Assembly: GCA_041390825.1 (NCBI GenBank)
Contig: JAWKPF010000016.1
Coordinates: forward strand, 2-64,001
Direction of reading: 5' to 3'
DNA from: Thermomicrobiales bacterium
GTDB taxonomy: Bacteria > Chloroflexota > Chloroflexia > Thermomicrobiales > UBA6265
Length of the DNA stretch: 64,000 bases
Part shown: positions 10,741 to 22,315 of the stretch, piece after piece
Layout of the letters: each line of letters opens with the position of its first letter
Numbering within the stretch: position 1 is the first letter of the stretch
Program-made: the position numbers and the translations under genes
The notes under the pieces: generated by a model
The model's input: the letters and a program-made list of their open reading frames with translations, nothing else
Told to the model about the DNA's origin: nothing
Databases searched by the model: none

Positions 10741-13047
10741 CTACGCGCGAGGCTCCGGGCTAGTCTGCTCGCTGCTCGATTGGGATTTCCCGTCGTCCGG
10801 ATCGTAATCCCCTGTAGTCGAGCCGTCATCTTCATCGAAGTCGGACATAGCCGTCGACCCCAACGGTGCCGGGTATAGCGCAGAATGCGCGACTCGCCAC
10901 CATCGGCGTACTTGCCGCCGTGTTCTTCTGCAGGTCCTCCATGGCATGCCCAGCTGGCCATCTCGTAGGCACAGCCGGTCATGGAAGTGACGGACCCGCA
11001 TCCTTGATCAGCCACTCTCGGTAGTGGAATCCTCGCTGCCCGATGCCTGGATGCCCGGTGGGGAGCAGATCTGGGTCTGGACCAAACCGGGCGGGATGCT
11101 CCAGTCGTGGGCCATCGGCTGGCCGTCGGTCCGGACAGGTAGGACGAGAAGGCGGGGTCATGCATCAGCTCCATCATCTGTTGCCAGATCGGACCGGCGC
11201 CCTTGGATACCGTCGAGCTGGGGAAGTCGATTTCCGCATCGCCGGATTGTGTTGTTTGCCCGGTCCAGACCCCCGATCGCCATCGGTGGTGTAGCCCATG
11301 GTCCAGATGTCTTTCCAATTGTCGGTCGTCCCTGATTTCGCGGCGACTGGACGTCCCAATCTCTGTGTCCTCGAAGAGGTTCCCGCCGAAAACCATCGAG
11401 CGGGCCTCGTCGTCAGTCAGAATCGACGGATCTGTAGGAGATTTCGGCGTTGGTGCCCTGGGGCGCGTTTTGCAGCGGTGGTGTTCCGATCGAGCTCATA
11501 GAGCACCGACCGCTCGGAATCGGTGATTTTCAGAATTGGATTGGCGGCGACGTATTTGCCCTGATTCGAGAAGGTTGCAGACGTTGGTGCTCCAGCAACG
11601 GCACCTCACCCGAACCGAGCGCGAGAGAGCCTGTAGTTTTCGGGCGATTCCGGCATCCCGGTCTTGATGCCCATCCGGCGCGCCGCCAGATCGTAGGCAT
11701 GGTCCACACCGGCGTATTGAATTGCCTTGACTGCCGGGATGTTGAGCGAATTCGAGAGCGCGTACGAACGGGAACTGCACCGTACGAAAGCCCAGGTAGT
11801 TCCTCGGTTCGGGCCACGGATTGGGGCGCGCCAGGGGTTTCGACCTTCATGGTGTCATCCATGACAACAGTGCCCGGATTCCACCCGCTTTCGAATGCGG
11901 CCGCATAGATGCACCGGCTGACCGACGAGCCCGGCTGCAGGTTCGCCAATGCGTAGTTGATCTGACCGCCGATCGTGGGGTCGTTGAAATCAGCCGAACT
12001 GACCATCGCCAACACCGCCGGTGTGCGGAACAGGACCACCATCGAGGCATTGTTGCGTCGGTAGGCGTTCAGGAACGGCATGTTTTCCTGAATCATCAAC
12101 TGGCTTATGCTTGCAGGTCGAGATCGACCGACGTCCAGATCTGCAAACCGCCCTTTACGAATGCGTCCGCCATATTTCTGGCGCACGTAGTCCTTGGCAT
12201 ATTGGGTGAAGTGATTGGCTCCCGATTTCGCTGGTGCGGGTCTGTGGGTTGCAGCGCGTATTCCACGCATCGTCTGGCTCTCTTCCGCAAGATGTAGTGG
12301 TACTTGACCATCTGGTCGAGCACGTACTTTCTGCCGGAGCTATTCTGGTCGAGCCGCACGGTTGGGTCGTACCAGGACGGCGCCTGTGGAGACCGGCAAG
12401 CAGCGAGGCCTCTGCCAGATTGAGCTCGCTGGCGTGCTTGTTGAAGTAGGTCTGGTGCGCGGCAGCTTCGATGCCGGAACGCTGTCCGTAGAAGATCTGG
12501 TTCAGGTACATCATCAAGATGTCCTGCTTGGAATACTCCGCGGTCGAGCTCGATCGCGGCGAGCGCTCCTTGAACTTGCGCGTGATCGAGATATCGAAAC
12601 CGATCTCCTCCGGCAGAGTCCGCGAGCCAATTGCTGCGTGATGGTCGAGCCACCAGACGAACCGTCGCCGCTGATATTGATGCAGATGCCGCGCAGGATG
12701 GCCACTGGCTCGACACCCTGATGACTCCAGAAGGTGGCGCGTCCTCGGCGGCTACCGTCGCGTCAGACTGGGCGATCGCGAGATTTGATCGAGAGTAACG
12801 AAGGTGCGCCATCCGCCGTCTGGCGCTTCTGATCTCCCTGCAGCAGGTCTGCTCGATCGTAGATGCGCGATGTTTGGAAGGTATCGACGGTTACCACCGC
12901 CAGCATTGGGCAGCTTGGCGTTGACCCGCGATATGCCTCGACCGTGCCGGCCACGGCTGCCACCGTCGACAAAACCATGGCCAGCGAAGTCGACACGAAG
13001 AGCCTGATGAAGATCAGCACACCGACCAGCAGGAATCGGCGAGTCAT
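10741..13047 (-). pseudogene. class A penicillin-binding protein (PBP1A: GT51 transglycosylase + transpeptidase), multiply frameshifted as given
   Basis: ATG 13047 gives MTRRFLLVGVLIFIRLFV, a TM anchor. Later segments read GGSTITQQLAR, ILMMYLNQIFYGQRSGIEAAA..YFNKHASELNLAEASLLAGL, LQPGSSV..IYAAAFESGWNPGTVV, KSGTTDNWKDIWTMGYT and an acidic tail ending at 10741. The segments are scattered over all three minus frames. Confidence 0.7.
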
Positions 13048-13330
13048 CGTGAACTGTTCTTGCGGCGCCGGGCAATACCCGGCAAGCGTTCGGCGGGGAG
13101 CTTCTTCTTGCCGGCAGCGTTGCGTCGCGCGTTGCCCTGCCGCAATGCGGCGAGGATCGGGCGGCGATCCGGACAACGTGCTCACGATCAGACCTTCGAA
13201 GGAGAATCGACACCGGGCGCGCGAGGATTGCCGGTCGAACCGAGAACGCTCAGCGACTTCTGCGCGTTTCGACGGCAGATGGTACCAGTTCGGGAGAGGT
13301 TCGCCTGACCGCAGGAAGGATCAGGAAGTA

Positions 13331-13468
13331 GGCAACGGGCAACGGGCAACGGGCAACGGCAATAGGCAATAGGCAAGAGGCAACAGGTAAGAGGCAACGG
13401 GCAAGAGGCAACAGGCAATTTCGGGAAACAGGCGACTGAAGACTGACGACTGACAACTGACGACTTGC
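13331..13468. repeat. heptanucleotide tandem repeats: 12 x GGCAAYR-like (13331-13418) then 5 x GACTGAC-like (13434-13468)
   Basis: Read directly: ggcaacg x4, gcaatag x2, gcaagag, gcaacag, gtaagag, gcaacgg, gcaagag, gcaacag. After a short gap come gactgaa, gactgac, gactgac, aactgac, gacttgc. The tract is intergenic. Confidence 0.9.
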
Positions 13469-13479
13469 AACGGTGGGTT

Positions 13480-14170
13480 GTTCTTGCGCCAACGTTCGCT
13501 TACGTTTTTGCGCCGCGTGCTGGCAAAAGCGCGGCAAAGGCGTGGCGTGCCGCGTGCTAACCCAACTGACCGGCGATCTCGTCCCGCTTGAGGCAGAGTT
13601 CTTCGACCTGGTAATGTGCCCGATCGAAAGAGATCGGCCAGCACCCAGAGACGCGCCGACGCCTCTCAGAAAGCGCCGTGATCCTCTGCGCTGGCTGCCG
13701 GCCCGGCGCACGGTCATCTCTCCGGCAAGCGACAACGCCGTGATCGAATCGAACGCGGCATCCTTGGTGACGGGCGGAGCCCTCATACGAAAGCGGTAGC
13801 TGTTGGCCGCCGTTGACGTTCATGTCGATCGCGTCGAGCAATCGCTGCACCTCTGAACCACTCAGATGGTGCTCGAACGCTTTCAGGGTTGCCTGTGATG
13901 GGCGGTGGCATCGGCGCCGCCGAGAAACGCTGCGGGCGATTCGGTTGCCTGCCCAGTCAGTCGAGAGCGTAATATCGTCCAGGAATGCTTTGTCCGAGGG
14001 ACAGCCCACCCATTGGGCGAGCAGAACGTCATCGACTTCCTGGTGGTGTGTAAGTCGGCCGAGCGCGCGAATAGAGCGCGTCCGTGTCCGGGCGTGTCTT
14101 CCATCTTCTTCTTCGAGCGGGGGTAGGTGGATGGTGGTGCCCAATCGCCTCGTACGTACAAGGACGGCAT
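13480..14170 (-). pseudogene. possible SARP/BTAD-type transcriptional activator (winged helix + BTAD), frameshifted as given
   Basis: Fragments in 13557..14249, 13883..14170 and 13250..13786 resemble OmpR-like wHTH (..ALFAR..VDDVLLAQWVG..) and BTAD (..AFEHHLSGSEVQRLLDAI.. ; ..AHYQVEELCLKRDEIAGQLG). This is weak motif-level recognition only. Confidence 0.35.
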
Positions 14171-14385
14171 TTGGTTTTATGTTTTGATGTTTCCCGAAAT
14201 TCCGTATTGTCTTGACAGAAGCTTGTGACGTCCTTCGCATTTTGCGCAATCTGCTGTGCTGGAGTCGAGGTCGGTGCCTGAATCACCGCGACCGAGGGTT
14301 TCGGGCGCGGGTATCGCCAGATACCATTGGTGGTCATAATGCAGCAGTTCGGCGGTCTGGAAGGAGCCGTTTACGTCAGAGCAGC

Positions 14386-17300
14386 ATGAGGATCGAACGT
14401 GGCCCATTGTCCGGAGGGTGTCCGCCGCTATTGGTGGGTCGGTCTCGGGAGCCCGGCGTGCTGCGCGCGCAGCTACCGGAGGCATTGGCCGTGAAACGGC
14501 AGCATGGTGGTGCTGGCGAGGCGGGTATTGGCAAGTCCAGACTGGCCGAGACGCCAGCAGGGAAGCGAGCAGCGTCGGAGTGCCTGTCCCTCACCGGGCA
14601 TTGCCATGACGTTGCGGTGTCACCCCCACGGTCCGTGGGGCGGAGTTGATCGAGCATTACCCCTCGCTGCGGCGAGATTTCCGGGACAGCCCACTGCCCT
14701 GTTCCGCAACTCGACAGGGTTCCAGCCAAACCGCCTTCATAAGTGAGATGCGCGATTTCTTCTTCGCTGGCACGTGATCGGCCGCGAGCAGATTTGGTGA
14801 TCGTGCTGGAGGATCTCACACTGGGCGAACTGACGAAGCCCCTCGAATTGCTGCGATTGTTCGCCCGCCAGCTCGCTTTACCGATCCTGCTGCTGACCTA
14901 TCGCAGTACGGATGTCACGCGCGCATGCGCTTCACGAGCTTCTGCCGATTCTGGTGCGTGAAGCGCTGGCGTTGCGCATCGACGTGTCGTTTGTTGACGC
15001 GAGACGATGTTCGTGGCGTGATCGATGATGCCTATCGGTTGACGGTGCGCCGATCTCGCCTGGCAAGCCGTGCAACAGCGTGCGGACGGCAATCCCTTTT
15101 TCGTGGTCGAGCTCTTGCGTGCCCTGGAAGGGGGGAGCGTCCTGCTGCCGGACGGGCATGGCACAGTTTGGACACATCGGCGCGTTCGAGCAGGCAGCAA
15201 TTCCGTGCTGCTCCGACAAGTCATCGACCAGCGGCTTTCCCGACTCGGGCATGACGCGGAAACGTTGCGGCGATTGCCGCCGTTATCGGCCAGATCGGCG
15301 CACGCTGAATGTATGGGAGAGCGTCAGCGGGGTATCAGGGCACGGTTGCTCGATGGTCGAACGCGCCATCGATGCCCGCGATGCCTCGACGCGACGCCGG
15401 ACGGGACGTCAGTGGCACGTTCACGCACGCCCTGATTCGCGATTCGCTCTACCACGACAGCGTTCTTCCACCCCGCGCCGGCGTATGTGGCATCGGCAGA
15501 TCGGAGATGTGCTCGCGTCGTGTGGCGGCGGACGGATATCACGTTGCCCTATCACTTCCAGCAGGCTGGTGATCTTCGCGCGGTGGAGTGGTTGGCGCGG
15601 GCGAGCGGGCGCAGCGCGCGTTTGCCTGGCGAACCGCGCGCGCCCAGCGGTCGAGACGGCGCTGAGAATCCTGGAAGAAGAGAGTGGCCATGCCGGCGAA
15701 CAGGGGGGGGGGTGGCTGCGATTTCGAGTGGCGGCGATGCTCGGTACTTCGAGGATCACCAGGCGGTGTAAAGCTTCACCTCGAAACCGCCGAGCGGCTT
15801 GGTCGGGAAGCGGGAGATCCCGCGCTGGAGCATACGCACGGTTCTTCCAGGGCATGCTCCGATGCCAGGCGGATGAGTTCCGTCTCGGCATTGCGGCAGA
15901 AAGTCTGGCGTGGCGATGCTGCGATGCGCTCGCTCCCGAGCAGCGAGAGCGAGGTTGCTCGCGATCGAAACAACCGCCGATCCCTCGATGCTCAAAATGG
16001 AGGAAATTGACACTGGCACTGGCCGAAAATGCGCGTCTACGGCAGGCACGCTTGAATTAGAGAGCGCATCGTTGACTTGCCGCCCGGCGAAACCGCCGGC
16101 TCCCAGGGTGATGCCTGGTACACGGACTTGGGTACACCTACGCGCCGGGCTGGGACGGCCAGATGAGGCGCGGATGGCGTTTCGCCAGGCCGTGACATCT
16201 TTTGCCGCCAGCGACCACCATGGCATGGTGGCCCCTTCCCTCTTCGATGAGCTGATGATGGTCGTCCTACCGTATCCAGGTCGATCGACCGGCAGGAGAA
16301 CATCAGCGAATCGAGTCCGCGCTTGCAGAATCTCTTGCGGATTTTGGAGAGACATCACCGGTGAGCTCCGCGCCGAGCTGACGTGGTGTCGAGCCTACTC
16401 CAGGGGGACTGGATCGACGCTTTGGCCCGGTTGGAACAGAGCACGCTTGTGTGATCGTTTCGACGGAACGCACCGATGTTGCTCGCTCCCATTGCTCGAT
16501 GTCGGGGCGATGTGGCGCTGGCGTGGATGCTGATCGGACAGCACTTTCCCGCCGGGGCAGACGCCGAACCAGAAGACTGCCCGGCTCTGGATACAGTGAG
16601 TCTGCGGTCATTGGCGGTTGCGCTCGCGCTCGATGCAGACGACCACGTGCTGGCACGTCGTTGGCTCGATGCGTTCGATAGCTGGCTGACCTGGAGCGGA
16701 AGCGTGTTGGGGCGGGCGGACACGCACTGCTGTCCTAGGCGACCTACCGCCATGCCCAGGGTGAGGATGAATTGGCACGCGATTTCGCCGAGCAAGCGTT
16801 GGCTGCCGGCACCGAACCACGACAACCGTTGGTGCTCTGGCAGCGAACCGGTTGCTCGGTGAACTCGATCGTCTCGAGAACGCGCAGCTTTCGACGCCCG
16901 GAAGCGCGATTCGTCACGGCGTTAGCGCTTTAGCGGCCGACGCGACCGGCGCGGCGCACGGGTGAGTGCTTACCCTGCTGGGGCAAGCGGAACTGCGATT
17001 CGCCCGCGACGAGCCCCAGCTTGCTCATGAGCTGCTCGAATCGGTGCGAGCGTCGTGCCTCCGCAATGAACGCGGTGCGAACGCTGCGCCGGGCTGACGA
17101 GCTCGCCGCGCGATATTCGGCAAGTTCAGCCTTCTGCGTCACCAGCGGTGTTTGCCGGACTTACCCGCCCGGGAGACGGATGTGCTCCGGCTGCTGGCAA
17201 CCGGATCCTCCAATGCCGGGAGATCGCCTGGGAACTCTGCGTGAGCCCGCGCACGATCGACCAGCACCTCACCAGCATCTACGCCAAGCTTGGTGTCACC

Positions 17301-17426
17301 ACGCGAGGCGCGGCGATTCGTATCGCGCTCGAACGCCGGACTACGCTAACGTCGCGCCCCTCGGAAAACTCCGTAGTCATCCGTACTCTGGATCGCCGGA
17401 AATGCGGTGTTCCCCCGATGCCGTGA
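14386..17426 (+). pseudogene. large AAA-ATPase/TPR/LuxR-HTH transcriptional regulator, heavily frameshifted as given
   Basis: The N-terminus reads LVGRSRE..LRAQLPEAL...AGEAGIGKSRLA (Walker A) ...LTGHCHD. Further segments read IVLEDL.., LLLTYRS..VTR, QQRADGNPFFVVELLRALEGG, VIDQRLSRLGHDAETL and FTHALIRDSLYHD. The C-terminal HTH reads EIAWELCVSPRTIDQHLTSIYAKLGVTTRGAAIRIALE. Many frame changes are needed. Confidence 0.65.
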
Positions 17427-17489
17427 TTCTCGCTCGCCTACCGTCGATCTCAGGTATTTGGGCCAAATTGGCGGCGGAATTCCACCAGA

Positions 17490-17830
17490 GTGGCGCTCCT
17501 CACCAGTTCGGCCACCGTTCAGGACTTTGGGGTGTGGCAGGCGATCTACGAAACCTGGATGACGTGCAGCGGGACTGGGGTGTCACCGATGCATCGGTGC
17601 ATCGGTTGGCGGACGCGCCAGATGTCGTCCTCATCATTCGCCACTTCGACGGTTGCCCAGGCGCAGGGAGCCTGACCAATCGCGAGTTCAGGCTGCCATG
17701 CAGCGTGCTGGGAGTCGAGCGAACCGCGCATCGAGATCTCTGCACACATGACGCTGCCTCTTTGGCGTCGCCACCGCCCATCTGCCCGTTCGACTCTCGT
17801 CCGTATGATCCAGAACTCGCGGAAGGATGA
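17490..17830 (+). pseudogene. small hypothetical protein, frameshifted as given
   Basis: The fragments are VATVQDFGVWQAIYET.. and ..LDDVQRDWGVTDASVHRLADAPDVVLIIRHF.. . The final frame ends in TGA 17828-17830, overlapping the next ATG (17827) as ATGA. Confidence 0.3.
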
Positions 17831-19578
17831 AAAACGGACCCTGGCGATATTGCTCCCCTAACGTTCCGGCTATCGTCTCTCATTCGACAAATGCTTTCAT
17901 AGATCAGGCGGCTGGACCGAAGCGCAAACCTGCCGATGGCGAGAAAGATGCATTGCTTACAGCTCACATCTATCGCGTGCGCAAACGGATTTTTCCTCGC
18001 GTTCAGTCAGACACGTTGAGCGCAATCGCCGCGAAACCTTGAGCCTCGATGGCGACCGATTTTCAATATGCAGAGGTCAACGGTTCGACCTTCGTCGACA
18101 GGATCACGGCTGCCAGGTACCCCGATCCTGGCAACACCGCAGAGAACATCTTTGCAGGGAGCGACGTCGCCACGGGCGCGATGGAATCTGGCGCAACGGC
18201 CAGGGCACAACGCCAACATGCTGAGCCCAACCGCCAAGGCGATCGGCATCGCACGCGTCAACAACTAACTCCACCTGGAAGTGGTATTGGACGACGACGG
18301 AGCGACTGTCGACGGCGCCGCCCTGCACCGGCGATTCGGCGTTGCCGCGGTTGTTCAGGGCGCGCCCCAGGTAGCTGCCGCACCGGCAGGCAGCCAGCCG
18401 GCGCGACCGGGAACGCACCTGGCCAACCGCTGGCCGGAATTTGCAGCCCGCGGACCCGGCGCGGCGCCCAGATCAGCCGGCTGCCGGTCGGGAAGCGGCT
18501 CCAGCAGACGCTGGCGCAGCACCGCCGGCCCGCCGATCGAGCGCAGCCCACCGGATACCGTTGGCAACACCACGCAACCGGAAGCGCAGCCTGCGCCCGC
18601 AAACAGCAACAGGGTGCCACGATCAGTGAAGCGGCGGTTACGACGACTGGCTGCGCTAACGCCGCCCCGGCGTGCGGAGACGCGGAGGAACTGGCGTTCC
18701 TGGCATCGATCAACGAGTACCGGGCGGCCAATGGCGTACCGCCGTTGGCAATGAGCCCGACGTTGACGTCAGCAGCCAAAGGGCACAGCCAAATGGCGAC
18801 CAAGAAACTATTTCGACCGTGGGGCCAGGACGGTTCCACCTTCGCATCGCGAATCGCGGCGTGGATATCCCGGCGGCACGACGGCGAACATCTTCGCGGG
18901 CGACCAAGCGCCGCCGGCGCGGTAGGTCTGGCGGAACAGTCCGAGGCACAACACCCGAACATACTCAACCCGGCCTTCACCGCGATCGGCATCGGTAGAG
19001 CATTTTCGATCAAACTCAGACTTTGGCTGGTACTGGACGACAACGTTTGGCGATGTGGTGGATGCTGCCTGTGCTGGCAGCCAGACGCAGGGCGCCACGA
19101 CCGGTCAAGCCGGACAAGCCGGCCAGGCAGGGCAACTGTGGTCAAGACGGAACCACTGGCAATGGGCGAGGACAGGTCAGGGTGGCAACACAACCGGTGG
19201 CGCCATGACCGACAGCGACGGAGATGGGTTGATCGACGAATCGGAGAACGCGTTGGCTGGCGGCACCGATCACCGTGTTCGACACCGATGGCGGTGGTGT
19301 TGGCGATGGAGATGAGTGGAGCAATGGCAAGAACACGCTCTCGATCCCAGCGATGACAATGCAGGCGGCTTGAGCAGGCCAATGGAGGCGCGGCTGCCGA
19401 CACCGATGGCGACGCGGTCTCGATGAAGAAGCGGCATTTGGGACGAATCAAATGTCGCCGATTCGATAGCGATGGAGTGAACGATCTCGACGAGCTGTTC
19501 AACGGCACGCTCGATCCGTGGGAGCGCCTCGCGCAGTGCGAGCGCCGGAAAAGCGTTCCTTCGCCGAACAACCAATAG
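17827..19578 (+). pseudogene. secreted CAP/SCP (PR-1-like) domain protein(s) with thrombospondin-type-3-like Ca-binding repeats, frameshifted as given
   Basis: The first CAP unit reads FQYAEVNGSTFVDRITAA.YP..GNTAENIFAG... then GHNANMLSPTAKAIGIARV. The second CAP unit reads EELAFLASINEYRAANGVPPLAMSPTLTSAAKGHSQ...ILNPAFTAIGIGRA. The C-terminus has DSDGDGLIDESENAL.GTD and DTDGD repeats. The TAG stop is at 19576-19578. Confidence 0.55.
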
Positions 19579-19779
19579 CGCGTGGCGCGCCATCCACAAC
19601 TGGGTGTGGCGCGTTGTTCGAAGCGAGTTACGACGAGTACGGGCAAGGTCGGGAGCCGGCACAGGTCTTTCGAAAACACCCCGTCTCATAAACTAGCGAC
19701 ATGCGTTGAACCAGGTGAGAGAGGTTCGATGTTCTGTGGCGCTGCACCACGGGAAGCGGCGCCATTGGGATGGTCGAAG

Positions 19780-20346
19780 ATGAGTCAAACAGCCGTACAG
19801 GCAGAGGGTGCGCCCATCCGGGAGACGGCGGAGCCAGACGTGTCAACGCCCGCTCTGCTTCGACGAACTTCTCGAACGGTATCAGAGACGAGATCTTCCG
19901 CTATTCGGTTCAGCTCCACGCGGAACACGACCGATGCGGACGGCCTCTATCAGAGGAGACGATGCTCAGGCGTATCGCGCGTTTGGCAGGCTCGGACCAG
20001 ATTCCGAACTACCGCGCCTGGCTCTACCACGCATCGCCGCTAACACCTTCCGCCTCGCAAAGCGGAAGGAGAAACGCGGCGGCACGCTCGATCGGTGCTC
20101 GACGACCATCTGGCCGTTACCAATCCGGATCAGCCGCATCGATGGACGCCGCGACTTGTTGGCCGAAGTCGAAGTCTTTGTGCAGAACCTGCCGGGCTCA
20201 GCGCGTCGCGTTGATCCTCCGCAAGTATCCTGACTCGACTACGCTGGCATCGCCCGAAGAACATTGAATAGTTCGGAAGAAGCAGCGCGCCAATGTCTAC
20301 CACGAAGCTGCGCAAGCTCCGCAATTGTTTCGGAGACCGCCTGTGA
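19780..20346 (+). pseudogene. ECF-type RNA polymerase sigma-70 factor, frameshifted as given
   Basis: ATG 19780. Segments read FDELLERYQ..EIFRYSVQL, ETMLR..YRAFGRL, NYRAWLY..IAANTFRLAKRKEKRG, DLLAEVEVFVQNLP..QRVALILRKY and ANVYH.LRKLRNCFGDRL, ending in TGA 20344-20346. Confidence 0.65.
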
Positions 20347-20400
20347 GCGGGAAAAGAGCAATGGGCATTCAACAGTTTTCAACCAGCGGACGATGGCGCG

Positions 20401-20595
20401 GTGAACGCGAACGATACCGAGCCTCCCGCAATCGTCAACCTCGCTCAAGAAGCAGGCCGCCCCAATGTCGACCCGTGCGATGTTTGCTGCGATGCCATGC
20501 CAGGCTATGTCTGCGGCGACTTGAAGATCATCGACAGACAATGGATCGACGATCACACCGCCCATTGCACCTATTGCCAGCGGCAGCTCACCTGA
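20401..20595 (+). CDS. anti-sigma factor N-terminal zf-HC2 domain (continuation uncertain)
   Basis: ORF 20401..20595 reads CDVCCDAMPGYVCGDLKIIDRQWIDDHTAHCTYCQRQL. This matches the H-x3-C-x2-C anti-sigma zinc-finger pattern and sits directly downstream of the ECF sigma gene. The stop at 20595 may be a frame artefact. Confidence 0.45.
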   Translation: MNANDTEPPAIVNLAQEAGRPNVDPCDVCCDAMPGYVCGDLKIIDRQWIDDHTAHCTYCQRQLT

Positions 20596-20879
20596 TTCCA
20601 GCGGCTCGACCATCTCCTCTTGAGTATGAGCAGGAGTGCTGCTCCGACGTCACGGCAACCTTTTTGCCAAGCCGCACGCGAGGTTGCCAGTACGGCGCAC
20701 GATGGACAGCCCACACTCAGCCCGCTGATGATCGCTGTCGGACGCTGGAGTGACCGAAATCTCCTTTGGCCACCAATTCCACCACCCAGGCGTTCCTGGC
20801 CCGTGTCATCGACCGTGGCTACGACCCGGTTCCGACCAGGCAGCCATCCAGCCCGTCGTACAGCAGCTATCATGAATAC

Positions 20880-21341
20880 TTTCAGGAGCCGGAACACCTT
20901 CGATGTTCCGGTCGATTTTTCCGGCCTTAGCCCGTTTGCGAAGAACACGTGTTGCAGGCGACCGCGGCGGTTCCCTTCGGAGGGTAGCCACTATTTCGAG
21001 ATCGCGCAGGATCGACAACCCCGGCGCCTCGCGCCCGTTGGCAGCGAACTCGAGGAAACGCAGCCGATCCCCTACATCATCACCGTGTCATCGCGTTGTG
21101 CCTGCGGATCACTCCCGATTAGCGATACACCGGCGGCGTCGATATCGAGGCCGACCTCCTCACGATCGAGGTGCGCTGCTCCCATCCGGGGTGCTTGTCT
21201 CGTAGACTCTCCATGAAGAAAGCGGCCACGCGCCGATCGAGCGTGATCCACCTGCCGGCTGCACGAAGACCGGCAATCGATACCAGTTTCCAGCCGAATC
21301 TCGCACCAGTCGATCAGATTGGCCGATACAGCCATGCTCAC
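20880..21341 (-). pseudogene. possible Lrp/AsnC-family regulator, frameshifted as given
   Basis: Minus-strand fragments read SIAGLRAAGRWITLDRRVAAF (HTH-like), HLDREEVGLDIDAAGVSLI and ..RFLEFAA...VLRKRAKAGKIDRNIEG (RAM-like). The gene is divergent from an EamA exporter, a common pairing. Recognition is weak. Confidence 0.35.
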
Positions 21342-22200
21342 CGTTGCCGTCCTCTGGGCATCAACAACGTCACCATCACGAAGCCGCGCTCGACCGCGGC
21401 CTCGATACGTTGCTCTACATCGTGCTGCGGTTCGCGCTGGTTGCGGTCTTGCTGTTTTTCATGCCTGTGGGCGCGCGGTGTCTCGCTGCGCATCCGACGG
21501 GCAGACATTCCCGTTTCGTCGGTGGTGGACTGTGCGGATTCGCTGGCCGCAACTTGCTCTACGTCGTCGGCCTCGCACATCGGCATTCTCCGCGGCGGCG
21601 ATCCTCTGATGTCGCTCGCGCCCATCTTCATGCTCCTGCCTCCTCGGCAATCGCCTTCGGATTGGAACCAGTGCAGCGGTTGCAATGGATTGGGTGGCCG
21701 TTTCCTTTCTGGGCGTCGCGATCTTCATCGGAGACAAGCTGCTGGCCAACGGAAGGCCCGCGACTGGCGACCTGCTGTGGGTAGTCTTGATCGCAGCGTT
21801 GAGCTTCGCGATCTACAGCCTGACACTCGTCGCTGGTCTTGTACAGTCCGGAAACGACCACGGCCTGGGCGGTCGTGGTTGGACTGGTGTACGGTCACCT
21901 GCCGTTCCTCGGTGCACGCTGCTGCATGAGGCAGTGGGGCGATGTGACCGGCTTCGAGTGGTTTTCCATTGCCTGGGCGGCCGTTGTCTCGGTCATGATC
22001 GGTTACTCCCTCTGGGGATGGGCGATCGCGCGTGCCGGCGCTGGGCGCTCGGTGCATCTATCTTTTCCCTCATACCAGTCTTCACCGAGTCTTTTCGACG
22101 GTGATTTTCCTGATGAGCGGCTGGGAGCAACTCAAGTGATCGGCGGCGCAGTGGCGCTGACCCAGGCGTGGCCATTGCGCGGAGGGGTTCGCTGCGCCCG
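21319..22200 (+). pseudogene. EamA/DMT-family transporter, frameshifted as given
   Basis: Hydrophobic segments lie in three frames: LDTLLYIVLRFALVAVLLFFMPVG, MDWVAVSFLGVAIFIGDKLL...DLLWVVLIAALSFAIYSLTLV and ATQVIGGAVAL. Confidence 0.55.
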
Positions 22201-22315
22201 AGCCAATCCGATCGAATTGGACGTGGCTCAAGGAAACATTGAGCGCGGCTCCCGATCAGGAGCCGGGCCGGGAGAGGCCATTGCTGGACGATAGGAGAAG
22301 GACCTTCATTCTGCC

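Noticed and set aside
13188-13418. Cys/Pro/Leu-rich ORFs across the heptamer arrays (also 13321..13644 and 39146..39331)
   Set aside because: These are translations of 7-nt tandem repeats. The periodic low-complexity peptides are artefacts.
13557-14249. Tyrosine recombinase / integrase (the segment ..LSGSEVQRLLDAI.. resembles the start of a catalytic domain)
   Set aside because: I could not find the R..HxxR..Y catalytic residues or flanking att-like repeats. The fragments fit a wHTH+BTAD regulator at least as well. No mobile element is called.
18049-19679. 435-aa plus-strand and 473-aa minus-strand ORFs treated as single genes
   Set aside because: The plus-strand ORF is a read-through composite. 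Only short parts coincide with the CAP-domain frames and the rest is Arg-rich out-of-frame sequence. The minus-strand ORF is antisense.
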